Assembly: GCA_963422735.1 (NCBI GenBank)
Contig: OY730476.1
Coordinates: forward strand, 2,528,001 to 2,592,000
Source of the DNA: Candidatus Latescibacterota bacterium
Lineage (GTDB): Bacteria; Latescibacterota; UBA2968; UBA8231
Length of the DNA stretch: 64,000 bases
Reading direction: 5' to 3'
Shown one piece after another: positions 31,124 through 39,814 of this stretch. Under the pieces are notes generated by a model. The model worked only from the letters and a program-made list of their open reading frames with translations. It ran no database searches and was not told the DNA's origin. Both the position numbers and the translations under genes were made by a program. Every line of letters begins with the position of its first letter. Position 1 is the first letter of the stretch.

Positions 31124-32071
31124 TTAAAACGAGTCCTTGATCTTACCCCAAGTCGATGACTCGACTGCTGTGGGGCCGGAGTACTCGCCAACTTGCAGCA
31201 ACTTGGCAATGGAGTAGTACTGCCGAGCCGAGGCTTCGGGTCCGCGGGTAGTCCAGTCGTTGCGGCCGCCCGGGGTGCCGTCTTCGTCGGGAGCGAAGCT
31301 CGAATCCGGTCCTTCGCCGTCTTCGTACCACATGGCGAAAGGCAGGCCCGCGCCGTCTTGGCCGGACACTGCGTCTAGCTGCCACACTTCACTCGCCGAC
31401 GGGCCAGCGTCCTCTTGGAAGGCAAGTACCTTGACGCTCCACTCGTAGTACGTGGTGCCGCCCTCGGCCCACAGGTCAGCAGCCCAGGCTTCGGGCGGAT
31501 CGACGCGCACGGCCATTTCGATCCACGGCGATTCGCCGTACTCGGCCCATGCCTCTTGCTCAGTGTAGCGGAAAGCGACATTGGTCGGCGGGCTGAGATC
31601 GCCCGGCGCCATCAGCCACTCCATGGTGTAGCCCGAAGCCGGGCTGCGCTCGCGCCCGTGATCCTGCGGATCGAGGCCGACCTGCAGCATGTCGCCGTCC
31701 CAGCGGGCGATATTCGTGCCGGCGTGTGCCAGCACGTCGTCAACCGCTTCCAAGAAGCAGTACCAGCGGTTGTCGTCGCCGCCCTTCCAGCCCATGAAGG
31801 TGGTAATGAACAGGTCGTCGCGGTCTGGGGCCGGGCGGTCGCCTTCATCGCGCCACTCATCCATAGTCAAGGTGTACTCAGGGTCGAACCAAGCCCAGTC
31901 GTCGCTATGTCCGTCAATGGTGATGGCACCGGGGTCGGGGACTTCGAGCATGTAAAACCAAAATCCCTGACTGCCATTGCGATCCTCGAGGGCGGGCGGA
32001 TCGAAAAACTGGGCATTTGCCACACCTACAAGGGCGAGGCTGAAAATGCCTGCGATTGTGAATCGCCGCAT
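31124..32071 (-). CDS. Secreted acidic protein (CBM9/DOMON-like) with C-terminal TAVESSTWGKIK motif
   Basis: AAGGAG RBS; signal peptide; ITIDGHSDDW; terminal PTAVESSTWGKIKDSF. Confidence 0.65.
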   Translation of the reverse strand: MRRFTIAGIFSLALVGVANAQFFDPPALEDRNGSQGFWFYMLEVPDPGAITIDGHSDDWAWFDPEYTLTMDEWRDEGDRPAPDRDDLFITTFMGWKGGDDNRWYCFLEAVDDVLAHAGTNIARWDGDMLQVGLDPQDHGRERSPASGYTMEWLMAPGDLSPPTNVAFRYTEQEAWAEYGESPWIEMAVRVDPPEAWAADLWAEGGTTYYEWSVKVLAFQEDAGPSASEVWQLDAVSGQDGAGLPFAMWYEDGEGPDSSFAPDEDGTPGGRNDWTTRGPEASARQYYSIAKLLQVGEYSGPTAVESSTWGKIKDSF

Positions 32072-32181
32072 GTTCGTACTCCTTCGTTTGAAGTGAACGC
32101 CAGAAATCTCCGACGCATTGCTCGTGCATAATTAAAAGAAATGAATGGGGGAGAGAAAATCAATACGCCCACCCCGGTGCC

Positions 32182-32967
32182 CTAGCGGACCGAATAGACT
32201 GTGGATTGGTTGTACGGGATGATCAGCGGCTCGATCCCGGCGAGCGCAGCCGCCCACTCTTGCGGATCGTAGTCGCGGGTGACAAAGCAGGCGTAATGAG
32301 CCGGCACGGCGACCTTGAGGCCGAGTGCCGATGCCATCTTGGCCGAGCCAGCAAAGAAGGGGAATTCCCCTTCGCTGGGGTGATTGGTCAACAGCCCGAT
32401 GTCGGGACCGAGGTCGCGGATGGGCGCGAGTAATTCTTCGTGTTCGGCAAACGTGTTGACCGGGTCGCCGGAAATGTACACGCGTACGCCGCCAGCCTCC
32501 ACCAAGTAGCCCAAGTGGGTCACATCGGGCGGAGCGATGTCGTCGCTGGGCAGGCCCTCCGGGGGTTTGGCATACACCGCGTAGGCCGTCATGGTGCCCA
32601 GTTTGGCACTAGCACCGGCGGTGATGGTCGCCATTTGGGCAGCGATACCCGCGCTGCGGACGCGCTGGATGCTCTCTGCCGGACCGACGATCTGCACGCC
32701 TGGATAGGCAGCGACAATGCGCGCAATGGACTCTGTGCAAGTGTGGTCGCCGTGGTCGTGGGTCAGGAGCACAAAATCCGTGTGCAGCGACGCCTCGTGG
32801 AGTGGGGGGCGGGCGTGGATGAAGCGCTCGGCCGGTCGCTCGTGGGGGTAGTAGGGATCGACTTGGACGATGGTTCCCTGCGCGTCCTTGAGGCCAAACG
32901 TGCTCTGGCCAAACCAGTGGATGCCAACCGCGTCTCCATTTACTACCAGCGATTCAAATGGGTGCAT
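32182..32967 (-). CDS. Metallo-beta-lactamase-fold hydrolase (UlaG-like)
   Basis: HWFGQS, VDPY, THDHGDH, YISGD, VPAHY. Confidence 0.82.
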   Translation of the reverse strand: MHPFESLVVNGDAVGIHWFGQSTFGLKDAQGTIVQVDPYYPHERPAERFIHARPPLHEASLHTDFVLLTHDHGDHTCTESIARIVAAYPGVQIVGPAESIQRVRSAGIAAQMATITAGASAKLGTMTAYAVYAKPPEGLPSDDIAPPDVTHLGYLVEAGGVRVYISGDPVNTFAEHEELLAPIRDLGPDIGLLTNHPSEGEFPFFAGSAKMASALGLKVAVPAHYACFVTRDYDPQEWAAALAGIEPLIIPYNQSTVYSVR

Positions 32968-33059
32968 GGTTTCTCCCTGCGGGGTAAGCCGGGTTGCAAC
33001 CCGATGTGCGTTCCGTAAATTTCGTTAAAATTATGAGAAGAAAGAATGGGGAGCAAACG

Positions 33060-34343
33060 ATGAACAATTCCACGCTTTTCGACGCTTCGTATCAACGCCG
33101 CAAGTGGGCACTGCTAGAGCGGCTGCTAGAGCGGCTGGTGCCGATCTACACCTCAGAGGAGGTCGGAGCACTCCGCATTGATGCGGTTGACCGGGATATT
33201 CTTTCGCAGCGCTCTGGGCGCGGGTTTGTCGATCGCGATCTGCTGGAAACGGTTTTGGGCAACTTGCTCGAATGCGTCGCCCCTGGATCGCACAATGCCT
33301 TGGGGCCGGGGCACCAAAAGCCGTCGCTCGACGAGGCTATCGGCGAGATCGCCGACCAGCTCTACGCGATGATTGCACAATCGCTCTCGGCGGCCGGCGA
33401 GAGCGAAGACACTAAAGAGAAGGCTCTAATGAGCACCTTCTGCTTGCTGTGGGAATTGCCCGCCTACAATGTCCGCGCCCGCTGGAATCGCTTTGCTGCG
33501 CTTAGGGATCCAGCCGTTTGGGATGCCTATTTGCTCGACAACTGTGGGTTGACTCAGGAGCGGCTACTCAAGATAGACTTTCGGGCCGCCTTGGACGAGA
33601 CCATTCACCGCCGCGACTTCGACCACTATCGTCGCTTCCTCGCCGCACTGGAGTGCGACTTCATTTTCGACTATCAGATGCAGCTTGTGATGAGCACTTA
33701 TCCGGGGTGGCGAGTGCTGTTCTACCACGACATTGCCCATGCCCTAACGCGCTCCGGCTCGGTGAAGGGTGAATCCGGGCTAACGCGGCGACCGGTGCCC
33801 TTGCTGCCACGGGCCATTGCCGAGTTAGGGGGGCGCTATTATCAGGCGGATATCCATCCCGAAACGCAGATTGGCGATGCCAACTTCCTCGACCATCCCC
33901 ATCGCGGCATAACCACCGGACAGACGGGTATCATCGGCAGCGGGTGTCACATGTACCCGTGTACTTTGGGCGGCCTCAGCGGCAAGGTGCAGCAGCGCCA
34001 TCCCATCATTGGCGACTACGTGTTTATCGGCACGGATGCCGGGCTTTTTGGCCCCGTGCAGGTGGGCGACCGCACGGCGATTGGGGCCAATTCCGAAATC
34101 AACGGCATCGTCGCGATTGGCCCGGATTGTCGGATCGGCGTGTCGGTATCTATTGGTACGCTCAGAGCAAAGGCCGTGCGGCCTGGAGCGATTAAATTGG
34201 GGGCTGGGGTGCGCGTGGGGGCCGGCACCGTCATTGAAAATGATTCGCCGCTCGACTTAGTCATTCCCGACCAAGCGGCGATACCAGCGCGCAGCTACGT
34301 GGTCAACGACGGCTGCGGCCGGCCGAAATTTGTGCGGGAATAA
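33060..34343 (+). CDS. Serine O-acetyltransferase-like hexapeptide-repeat acyltransferase with long N-terminal extension
   Basis: DIHPETQIG..LDH, TLGG..RHPIIGDYVFIG, hexapeptide repeats. Confidence 0.65.
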   Translation: MNNSTLFDASYQRRKWALLERLLERLVPIYTSEEVGALRIDAVDRDILSQRSGRGFVDRDLLETVLGNLLECVAPGSHNALGPGHQKPSLDEAIGEIADQLYAMIAQSLSAAGESEDTKEKALMSTFCLLWELPAYNVRARWNRFAALRDPAVWDAYLLDNCGLTQERLLKIDFRAALDETIHRRDFDHYRRFLAALECDFIFDYQMQLVMSTYPGWRVLFYHDIAHALTRSGSVKGESGLTRRPVPLLPRAIAELGGRYYQADIHPETQIGDANFLDHPHRGITTGQTGIIGSGCHMYPCTLGGLSGKVQQRHPIIGDYVFIGTDAGLFGPVQVGDRTAIGANSEINGIVAIGPDCRIGVSVSIGTLRAKAVRPGAIKLGAGVRVGAGTVIENDSPLDLVIPDQAAIPARSYVVNDGCGRPKFVRE

Positions 34344-34451
34344 GGAATCCAAATCGCATCCTCCTAATTTATAGCCCGTCAGATTCGCGTTAGCCATCCG
34401 CTCAGGCGACGAAATGACGAAATTAAGTGCTCGCCCACAGGGTGCGGTTCG

Positions 34452-34745
34452 TCAATAATAGTAGCGTGCCTGCAAGAAACCTATACGTCCTTCGCTTACC
34501 ATACGATGTTCTTCCGTAAGGCGCCGCGACCACGTCCCGAACGGGAGGTATTTGAGGGGTTCCGGTTTGCCGATACCTGAAAATGGGTCGCGGAGCACGG
34601 CCTGTATCAGATCAAAGGCGCGCAGAGCTATTTTGCGGTTAGTGTGTACCCAGTAACGCAGATCTTCAACGAATTCAGGATGGAATACCCCTATCCATTC
34701 GCGAGCGGGAGGAACATCCTTTCGTTTACTTTTCTTTTTCGACAA
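34452..34745 (-). CDS. yoeB: Txe/YoeB family toxin (possibly with a short internal deletion)
   Basis: EDLRYW, DPFSGIGKPEPLKY, WSRRLTEEHR, QARYYY. Confidence 0.85.
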   Translation of the reverse strand: MSKKKSKRKDVPPAREWIGVFHPEFVEDLRYWVHTNRKIALRAFDLIQAVLRDPFSGIGKPEPLKYLPFGTWSRRLTEEHRMVSEGRIGFLQARYYY

Positions 34746-35016
34746 GACCGAGTTCCCGGCGAAGCTCTTCTATGGAAGAAGGAGACAACGTCCGGCTCTG
34801 TGCGCGGTTGATCGCCACGAGAAGGCGTTGGACGTTTTTGGGCGATCTGAGGAGATGAGCCGTCTCGAGAAGGCTGGCTAATTCGTCGGCTGAAATCAGC
34901 GCGACGTCTTCGGCATTGCGCCGCCGTATAATCACGGGCTCGCGGGTGGAGGCGACTTTGTCGCAGAGCGATGCGAGCTCGGCTCTGGCTTGGGAGTAGG
35001 TCGTAATGGTAGTCAT
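34726..35016 (-). CDS. yefM: Phd/YefM family antitoxin
   Basis: TYSQARAELASLCD, ETAHLLRSPKN; overlaps yoeB. Confidence 0.9.
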   Translation of the reverse strand: MTTITTYSQARAELASLCDKVASTREPVIIRRRNAEDVALISADELASLLETAHLLRSPKNVQRLLVAINRAQSRTLSPSSIEELRRELGLVEKEK

Positions 35017-35164
35017 TTGATTCTCCTATGGTCTGTACCTATTTAGTGTACATGTCGTGAAAATTTTGCCAAGATGAATGCTTGCAAAAAACAACTAGCC
35101 AAGATTTGTCCTGACGGCTCCTTTTTTCGGATACCTTTGTCGCCTAAAAGCAACTACTATAAGG

Positions 35165-35935
35165 GTGATCATGGAACGGAATGGAAAAAACTGCGTGCAG
35201 AGAGCTACCGCTGGCGACTCCGCGGCGTTTGGGCTGCTAGTTGAGGAACACACACCGTGGCTGCTGGTGCGGCTCACTCGCAGGCTGGGCTCGCAAGAGG
35301 CGGCAGAGGACATCCTACAGGAGGCGTTCATTGCCGCGTACCAGCAGCTAGCGGAATTGCACTCTCCCGAGCGATTCGGTGCTTGGCTGTGCTCGATCGC
35401 GGACAACAAAGCGCGCATGTGGCAGCGCCGCCGTCTCACGCAGCTCAATTTTCTGGATCAGCTCAACATCGCGGCCCCGCCCGAGCAGGAGAAGCAGGAG
35501 GTTAAGGCACTGGTGCGGAAGGCGATCGGACAATTGAGCGACCCCCACCGAGACGTGATCGTCCACCACTACCTCAAGGGCTATTCCTATCAGCAGACAG
35601 CAAACTTGCTGCACCTCCAAACCGGAGTGGTAAAGAGCCGTCTGCAAAAGGCCCGGAAACGCCTGCAAAAGGAGATCGTGGCGATGGCAGAATCCATCAC
35701 TTCCCAGACATTCGAACTTGGCCCGGACGATCTGGCCGGATTGCGTCACGTAGCTCGCTTCAGGAGCGACGATCCCAAGCGGCCCATTATGCACTGCGTT
35801 TGTCTCGACGCCGGCGGTAGGATTGTCGCGACCGATGGCTCGCGGCTGCTCAACCAAAACGCCAAGGGCATGGCAAAGCCATACCAAGTCCGCCAAGTCA
35901 TCAAGGCAATCGAGAAATTGGAGGGCATGCGATGA
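35165..35935 (+). CDS. Chimeric ORF: ECF sigma-70 factor, beta-clamp-like fragment and HicA-like C-terminus
   Basis: Sigma regions 2 and 4 (AEDILQEAF, FGAWL, GVVKSRLQKAR), then RPIMHCV..IVATDGSRL, then AKPYQVRQVIKAIEKL overlapping hicB (ATGA). Confidence 0.7.
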   Translation: MIMERNGKNCVQRATAGDSAAFGLLVEEHTPWLLVRLTRRLGSQEAAEDILQEAFIAAYQQLAELHSPERFGAWLCSIADNKARMWQRRRLTQLNFLDQLNIAAPPEQEKQEVKALVRKAIGQLSDPHRDVIVHHYLKGYSYQQTANLLHLQTGVVKSRLQKARKRLQKEIVAMAESITSQTFELGPDDLAGLRHVARFRSDDPKRPIMHCVCLDAGGRIVATDGSRLLNQNAKGMAKPYQVRQVIKAIEKLEGMR

Positions 35936-36258
35936 GCGACCATTACACGTACCGCATCACGTGGTCGGCCGAAGACAACGAACAGGTGGGTCTATGCGCT
36001 GAATTCCCATCGCTGAGCTGGCTGGCCCCTACGCCTGCTGAGACGTTGTCCGGCATCCAGCGCCTTGTGCGCGGGTGTCTGGCAGACATGCACACCACCG
36101 GAGAAGCCGTGCCGGAACCAATAGCGGACCGCAGCTACAGTGGGAAGTTCATGGTGCGTGTGCCGCCAGAATCGCACCGCGCCCTTGCCATACAAGCAGC
36201 AGAGCAAGGGGTGAGCCTAAACCGGCTTGTGAGTGCGCGGCTTGTAAGCACCACCTAA
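35932..36258 (+). CDS. hicB: HicB family antitoxin (RHH type)
   Basis: YTYRITWSAED, CAEFPSLSW, YSGKFMVRVPPESHRALA, GVSLNRL. Confidence 0.88.
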   Translation: MSDHYTYRITWSAEDNEQVGLCAEFPSLSWLAPTPAETLSGIQRLVRGCLADMHTTGEAVPEPIADRSYSGKFMVRVPPESHRALAIQAAEQGVSLNRLVSARLVSTT

Positions 36259-36524
36259 CTGGTTGCGGTGCTCTCGCCGAAGCGGTGGGGCTGGGTCGCG
36301 CACTGCCGGGAGCAGGAAACAGTGGAGCGAATTTTTCGGCCGCAGTCGGAGTACGTCGGATCCGAGGGTAGAGAGTAGGTGCCCTTGGAAAACCGCTGAG
36401 CAGCCAATTCGCTGATCCATTCTGCCAAGAGATTCACCTTATTAGGCATGTATCGTAATGTTCTTATGTATGAGAACGACGCGAAGGTGCCCGCGTGGCG
36501 TACAGTTGCTCGTCCGCCGGCTCC

Positions 36525-37268
36525 TCAGTCGCCCGTCCTCGGCGGCCAAGTGGCGAAATATTCGGGTGCCCAGCGTCTGGCGAGGTGGTAGTTGCGTTTC
36601 TGATAGGGGCCGGTGGGTGGTGCTGTCTCGGCTTCGATCCAGGCCTCGGCACCGGCCAGCCGGGGGAACTCCAAGATCCAGAGGAACTCGCCTTCGGTGT
36701 TGGTTCCGAGCAGTCGGAAGACCTCCCCGTGGATGAGGCCGTGGCCTCGGGCCACCTCTTGTAGTCGCTTTTGGCGCTCCTCGTCGCCGCGCGTCCGGGG
36801 GGCAACTTGGTCGGAGCCACGACGCCAGCCGCCGAAGGCGAGCACGACGATCGAGGAGGAATCGGCGGTCAGGAGTGGGATCACGTGCGGGTCAGTGTCG
36901 GGGGCCACGGGAGGTTCGGGCTTGCGGGGCAGCCAAGCTAGGCTCTCCGGTTGCCAGCGTCTGGCGAGAGAGTAGTCGTAGAAGCCGTAGCGTCCATACG
37001 GAGGCTCCACCTCAGCCGACATCCAAGCCTCGGCACCGGCTAGGTCCGGGAATTCGATGGTCCAGAACCGCTCCCAACTGTCGCGAGGTGCCAGCAGGCG
37101 GTACCCGTGTAGGCCGATCAGGCCATGGCGCTCGGAGACGGACAGCATCAGATCAACGTGCTGGTGCTCGTAATCGAGCCGCTGAGCCTCGTCGAGTCGA
37201 TGCCACTTAGGCAAGCGTCCACCCCGGAACAGAATGACGACGCTGTCGCCTTGCGCCGAATCAGTCAT
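36525..37268 (-). CDS. Hypothetical protein made of two internally repeated domains
   Basis: Duplicated HGLI..RLL..W.[IL]EFP.LAGAEAW..AE..PP.G.Y....Y.LARRW. Confidence 0.65.
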   Translation of the reverse strand: MTDSAQGDSVVILFRGGRLPKWHRLDEAQRLDYEHQHVDLMLSVSERHGLIGLHGYRLLAPRDSWERFWTIEFPDLAGAEAWMSAEVEPPYGRYGFYDYSLARRWQPESLAWLPRKPEPPVAPDTDPHVIPLLTADSSSIVVLAFGGWRRGSDQVAPRTRGDEERQKRLQEVARGHGLIHGEVFRLLGTNTEGEFLWILEFPRLAGAEAWIEAETAPPTGPYQKRNYHLARRWAPEYFATWPPRTGD

Positions 37269-37339
37269 GCGGACCCCCCCCTGTTGGGTTGCCTGACATA
37301 ATGGTGCGCCCGATCTCTCCGCGTACCCAGACGGAGAGG

Positions 37340-38266
37340 CTACGACAACTCGCCGATTAGTCTGCGGATGTTGGCGTAGTTCGTCTGCATGGCTTCGAGC
37401 CGCGACCCGCTTGCCGGTAGAAAGTGGGTAGCAATCGACAGGACGGCGTCGCAGCGGTTGTCGCGCAGGTTGCGCAGGATCGTCGGGTAGTCCACGTCTC
37501 CCTCGCCGATTGGCGTGTAATCGAATTCGAGCTTCGAACCGTTTATGGTGCGCAGATCCTTGGCGTGGACGCCGTGCAGGTAAGGGCGCAGGTTTTCGAA
37601 TCCGGCGGTGGCATTATCGACTTCGCCGCAATTGTAGTTGTCCGCCGGACACCACAGCACCTTGAACCGCCGTGAGCCTACTGCTTCGACGATGCGGCGA
37701 AAGTTGCGGCTGGTGTTGCCGTAGTTCCACTGCATCATCAGGAAGGCGATGTCGATGTCGTATTTCTCGGCGAGGTCGGCGAACATCGAGAACGCTTCGA
37801 CTAGCTTTTCCATGTCGCCATCGGAGATGATGCCGCCACGCGTTGCCCAGCGCATCGGCCAAGTCGGCTTCCCGCCAGTGTACTCGGCTGGCCAAGCGAA
37901 GCTGCTGCAGCCGACCGCTCCGATTCCCAAGCGGGCCGAAACCTCCATTGACCGTTCTAGGTTGGTGAAATGCTCCTTGAACTGGGCGTGTTTGAGCATC
38001 TTGCCCGGCTCAAGCTCGGCGAGATGCACTGTCTTGAACAACCCGGCACCGTCGAGCAGGAAAAATTCGAGACCGTGCGCGGCGACTTGCGCGGCGGCTT
38101 GGTCTATCTCGGCGTCGGAAAGCTCGTAGAAGCTGCGATTGTCGGAGTGGGTGCCGCACCAAACGTAGCGCGCACCGAGATCGCGCGCTGTCGCCAGCGA
38201 TTGCCCGAATGGCTGCTGCAGCTCTCCGAGATAGATCCCCATCTTGAATTCGTAGTGGTCGCTCAT
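37340..38266 (-). CDS. Sugar phosphate isomerase/epimerase (AP-endonuclease-2 TIM barrel)
   Basis: VHAKD, PIGEGDVDY, VLSIATH; some expected acidic metal ligands appear substituted. Confidence 0.7.
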   Translation of the reverse strand: MSDHYEFKMGIYLGELQQPFGQSLATARDLGARYVWCGTHSDNRSFYELSDAEIDQAAAQVAAHGLEFFLLDGAGLFKTVHLAELEPGKMLKHAQFKEHFTNLERSMEVSARLGIGAVGCSSFAWPAEYTGGKPTWPMRWATRGGIISDGDMEKLVEAFSMFADLAEKYDIDIAFLMMQWNYGNTSRNFRRIVEAVGSRRFKVLWCPADNYNCGEVDNATAGFENLRPYLHGVHAKDLRTINGSKLEFDYTPIGEGDVDYPTILRNLRDNRCDAVLSIATHFLPASGSRLEAMQTNYANIRRLIGELS

Positions 38267-38273
38267 GATTCTT

Positions 38274-39107
38274 CTATCCCCGCGCAGGCTCGGCCATCTC
38301 TGCCCGTGCCTGAGTCGCTAGTTCTTTAAGGTGATCGTCGTTGGCCATCCGCTGTTCGAGATGTACCATGCGACGGGCACTCGCCGTGGCGAGCATCTTC
38401 TCGCCGTACGCGCGCTTCGCCCAGAAGCGGGCAAGCCCTGCGATGTCTTGTTTGACAAGGTCGATCTGATCGTCGGGCACGCGCACCATGCAGTTGATGG
38501 TGAACATGCGGCGACGACCACCGCCCCCGAAGGCCGCGTGTTTGAGGTTGTGCTGGAAAACGACGACGTCTCCTCGGGCGATCTCCAGCGCGACGGCTGG
38601 GACTTGGTCGCCGGAGATGCCCCACTGTTCCTGCGATTGGCGCGCGTTTGCTTCGAGCGTCTCGGCATACTGATCGCCGCGCCGGTGGCTGCCCGGGATT
38701 ACGCGCAGGCAGCCAGTGTCGCGCGTCAGGGGGTCGAGGTAGAAGGCGATCTTGACGTGGCGCACTTCCTTCTGGTAGCCATCGGAGTGCCACTGCGTGT
38801 CGCCGGCGTAGTAGTTGCCGTCGGAACTGCTGTAGTTGAAGTCGTCGCCGAGCAGACTGGCCAGCAACCCCTCGATGCGCGGATCGTCGAGCAGCGCGCA
38901 CAATCGCTCGTGTTGATCGATGAAGGGCACGATGCAGGAACGCCGTTCGCCGTCGTGCGGTTGCCCGTCGTGGCCGCCGCCGCGCTCGGCCCAGACCTGT
39001 TCAAAGGCGTCGATGATTTCGTCGATGCAGTCGGCCATCAACCCCGGCAGCGCGAGGTAGCCAAAGGTGTCGAAAAAGTTGAGTTGCTGTTGGTTGAGGG
39101 GGATCAT
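38274..39107 (-). CDS. Phytanoyl-CoA dioxygenase (PhyH) family Fe/2-oxoglutarate oxygenase
   Basis: FFDTFGYL, WHSD, GCLRVIPGSH, GDVVVF...H, RR. Confidence 0.85.
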   Translation of the reverse strand: MIPLNQQQLNFFDTFGYLALPGLMADCIDEIIDAFEQVWAERGGGHDGQPHDGERRSCIVPFIDQHERLCALLDDPRIEGLLASLLGDDFNYSSSDGNYYAGDTQWHSDGYQKEVRHVKIAFYLDPLTRDTGCLRVIPGSHRRGDQYAETLEANARQSQEQWGISGDQVPAVALEIARGDVVVFQHNLKHAAFGGGGRRRMFTINCMVRVPDDQIDLVKQDIAGLARFWAKRAYGEKMLATASARRMVHLEQRMANDDHLKELATQARAEMAEPARG

Positions 39108-39180
39108 GTCGGTTCTCCCGGAGTGCTTGACGAAGGGTGAGTTAAAGACGCAAGTAAGAAAAGAGATCGGCACTCGCTAT

Positions 39181-39369
39181 CTATAAGATGACCGATCTTC
39201 ACGACATAGACTATCAGGGCATTGTAGCACTCGACAGCGGTCCAAGCCAGAGAGTTTTTCAACGCCTCGTGGATGAAGATCGTCCTTTAGAGCGCGAATT
39301 CGAGCAATGATGCGCTGTCGTTGTTTCTTCTACGGCAGAGGGCTTGAGCTGAATTTTATAGCTTGCCAC
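39181..39369 (-). pseudogene. RelE/ParE family toxin remnant
   Basis: Fragments MASYKIQLKPSAVE, QRIIARIRALKDDLHPRGVEKLSG and VYVVKIGH, interrupted by deletions/frameshifts; overlaps the antitoxin stop. Confidence 0.7.
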
Positions 39370-39589
39370 TGCGCTTGAGATATTTGACGACATCCTCAAA
39401 CGGCAAATTGGGTTCGGCGTCCCGCTCGTCGAAGGCACTCAAATCCTCGACATTCTCGGTTAGGGTGCGTCTCACCGCATCATTGACCAAGGCGGAAATT
39501 GACCGGTTCGCTGCGGCAGCCTGTAGCTGAAGGGCCCGCTGAATCGCAGGATCAAAGTTGATGGTGATTCGTTTGGTCGCATTAGGCAC
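39356..39589 (-). CDS. CopG/RHH family antitoxin
   Basis: KRITINFDP..RALQL..SISALVNDAVR, EDLSAFDER. Confidence 0.75.
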   Translation of the reverse strand: MPNATKRITINFDPAIQRALQLQAAAANRSISALVNDAVRRTLTENVEDLSAFDERDAEPNLPFEDVVKYLKRSGKL

Positions 39590-39814
39590 GAGAAAAGTAA
39601 TAACCTCATAGCGTTAAAACGTCACAGCATAGCGGATTCATTGGATGTCGCCGCTCCCACAGAGCTTGACGGAGGGTGGGGGAGGCGATACATTGGCGGC
39701 GTTTTGGATGCATGTTAAATATAATGAAAGAGCCTGTCTTCATTCAATGGCTGCATAGAATGTCTCTCGCTGGTTGGGAATGGGATTTGATACCGAAAGA
39801 CGTGGAGGGTAGCG

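Noticed and set aside
36255-36449. 64-aa minus-strand ORF, possibly a TA/Abi remnant
   Set aside because: Too short and degenerate to assign
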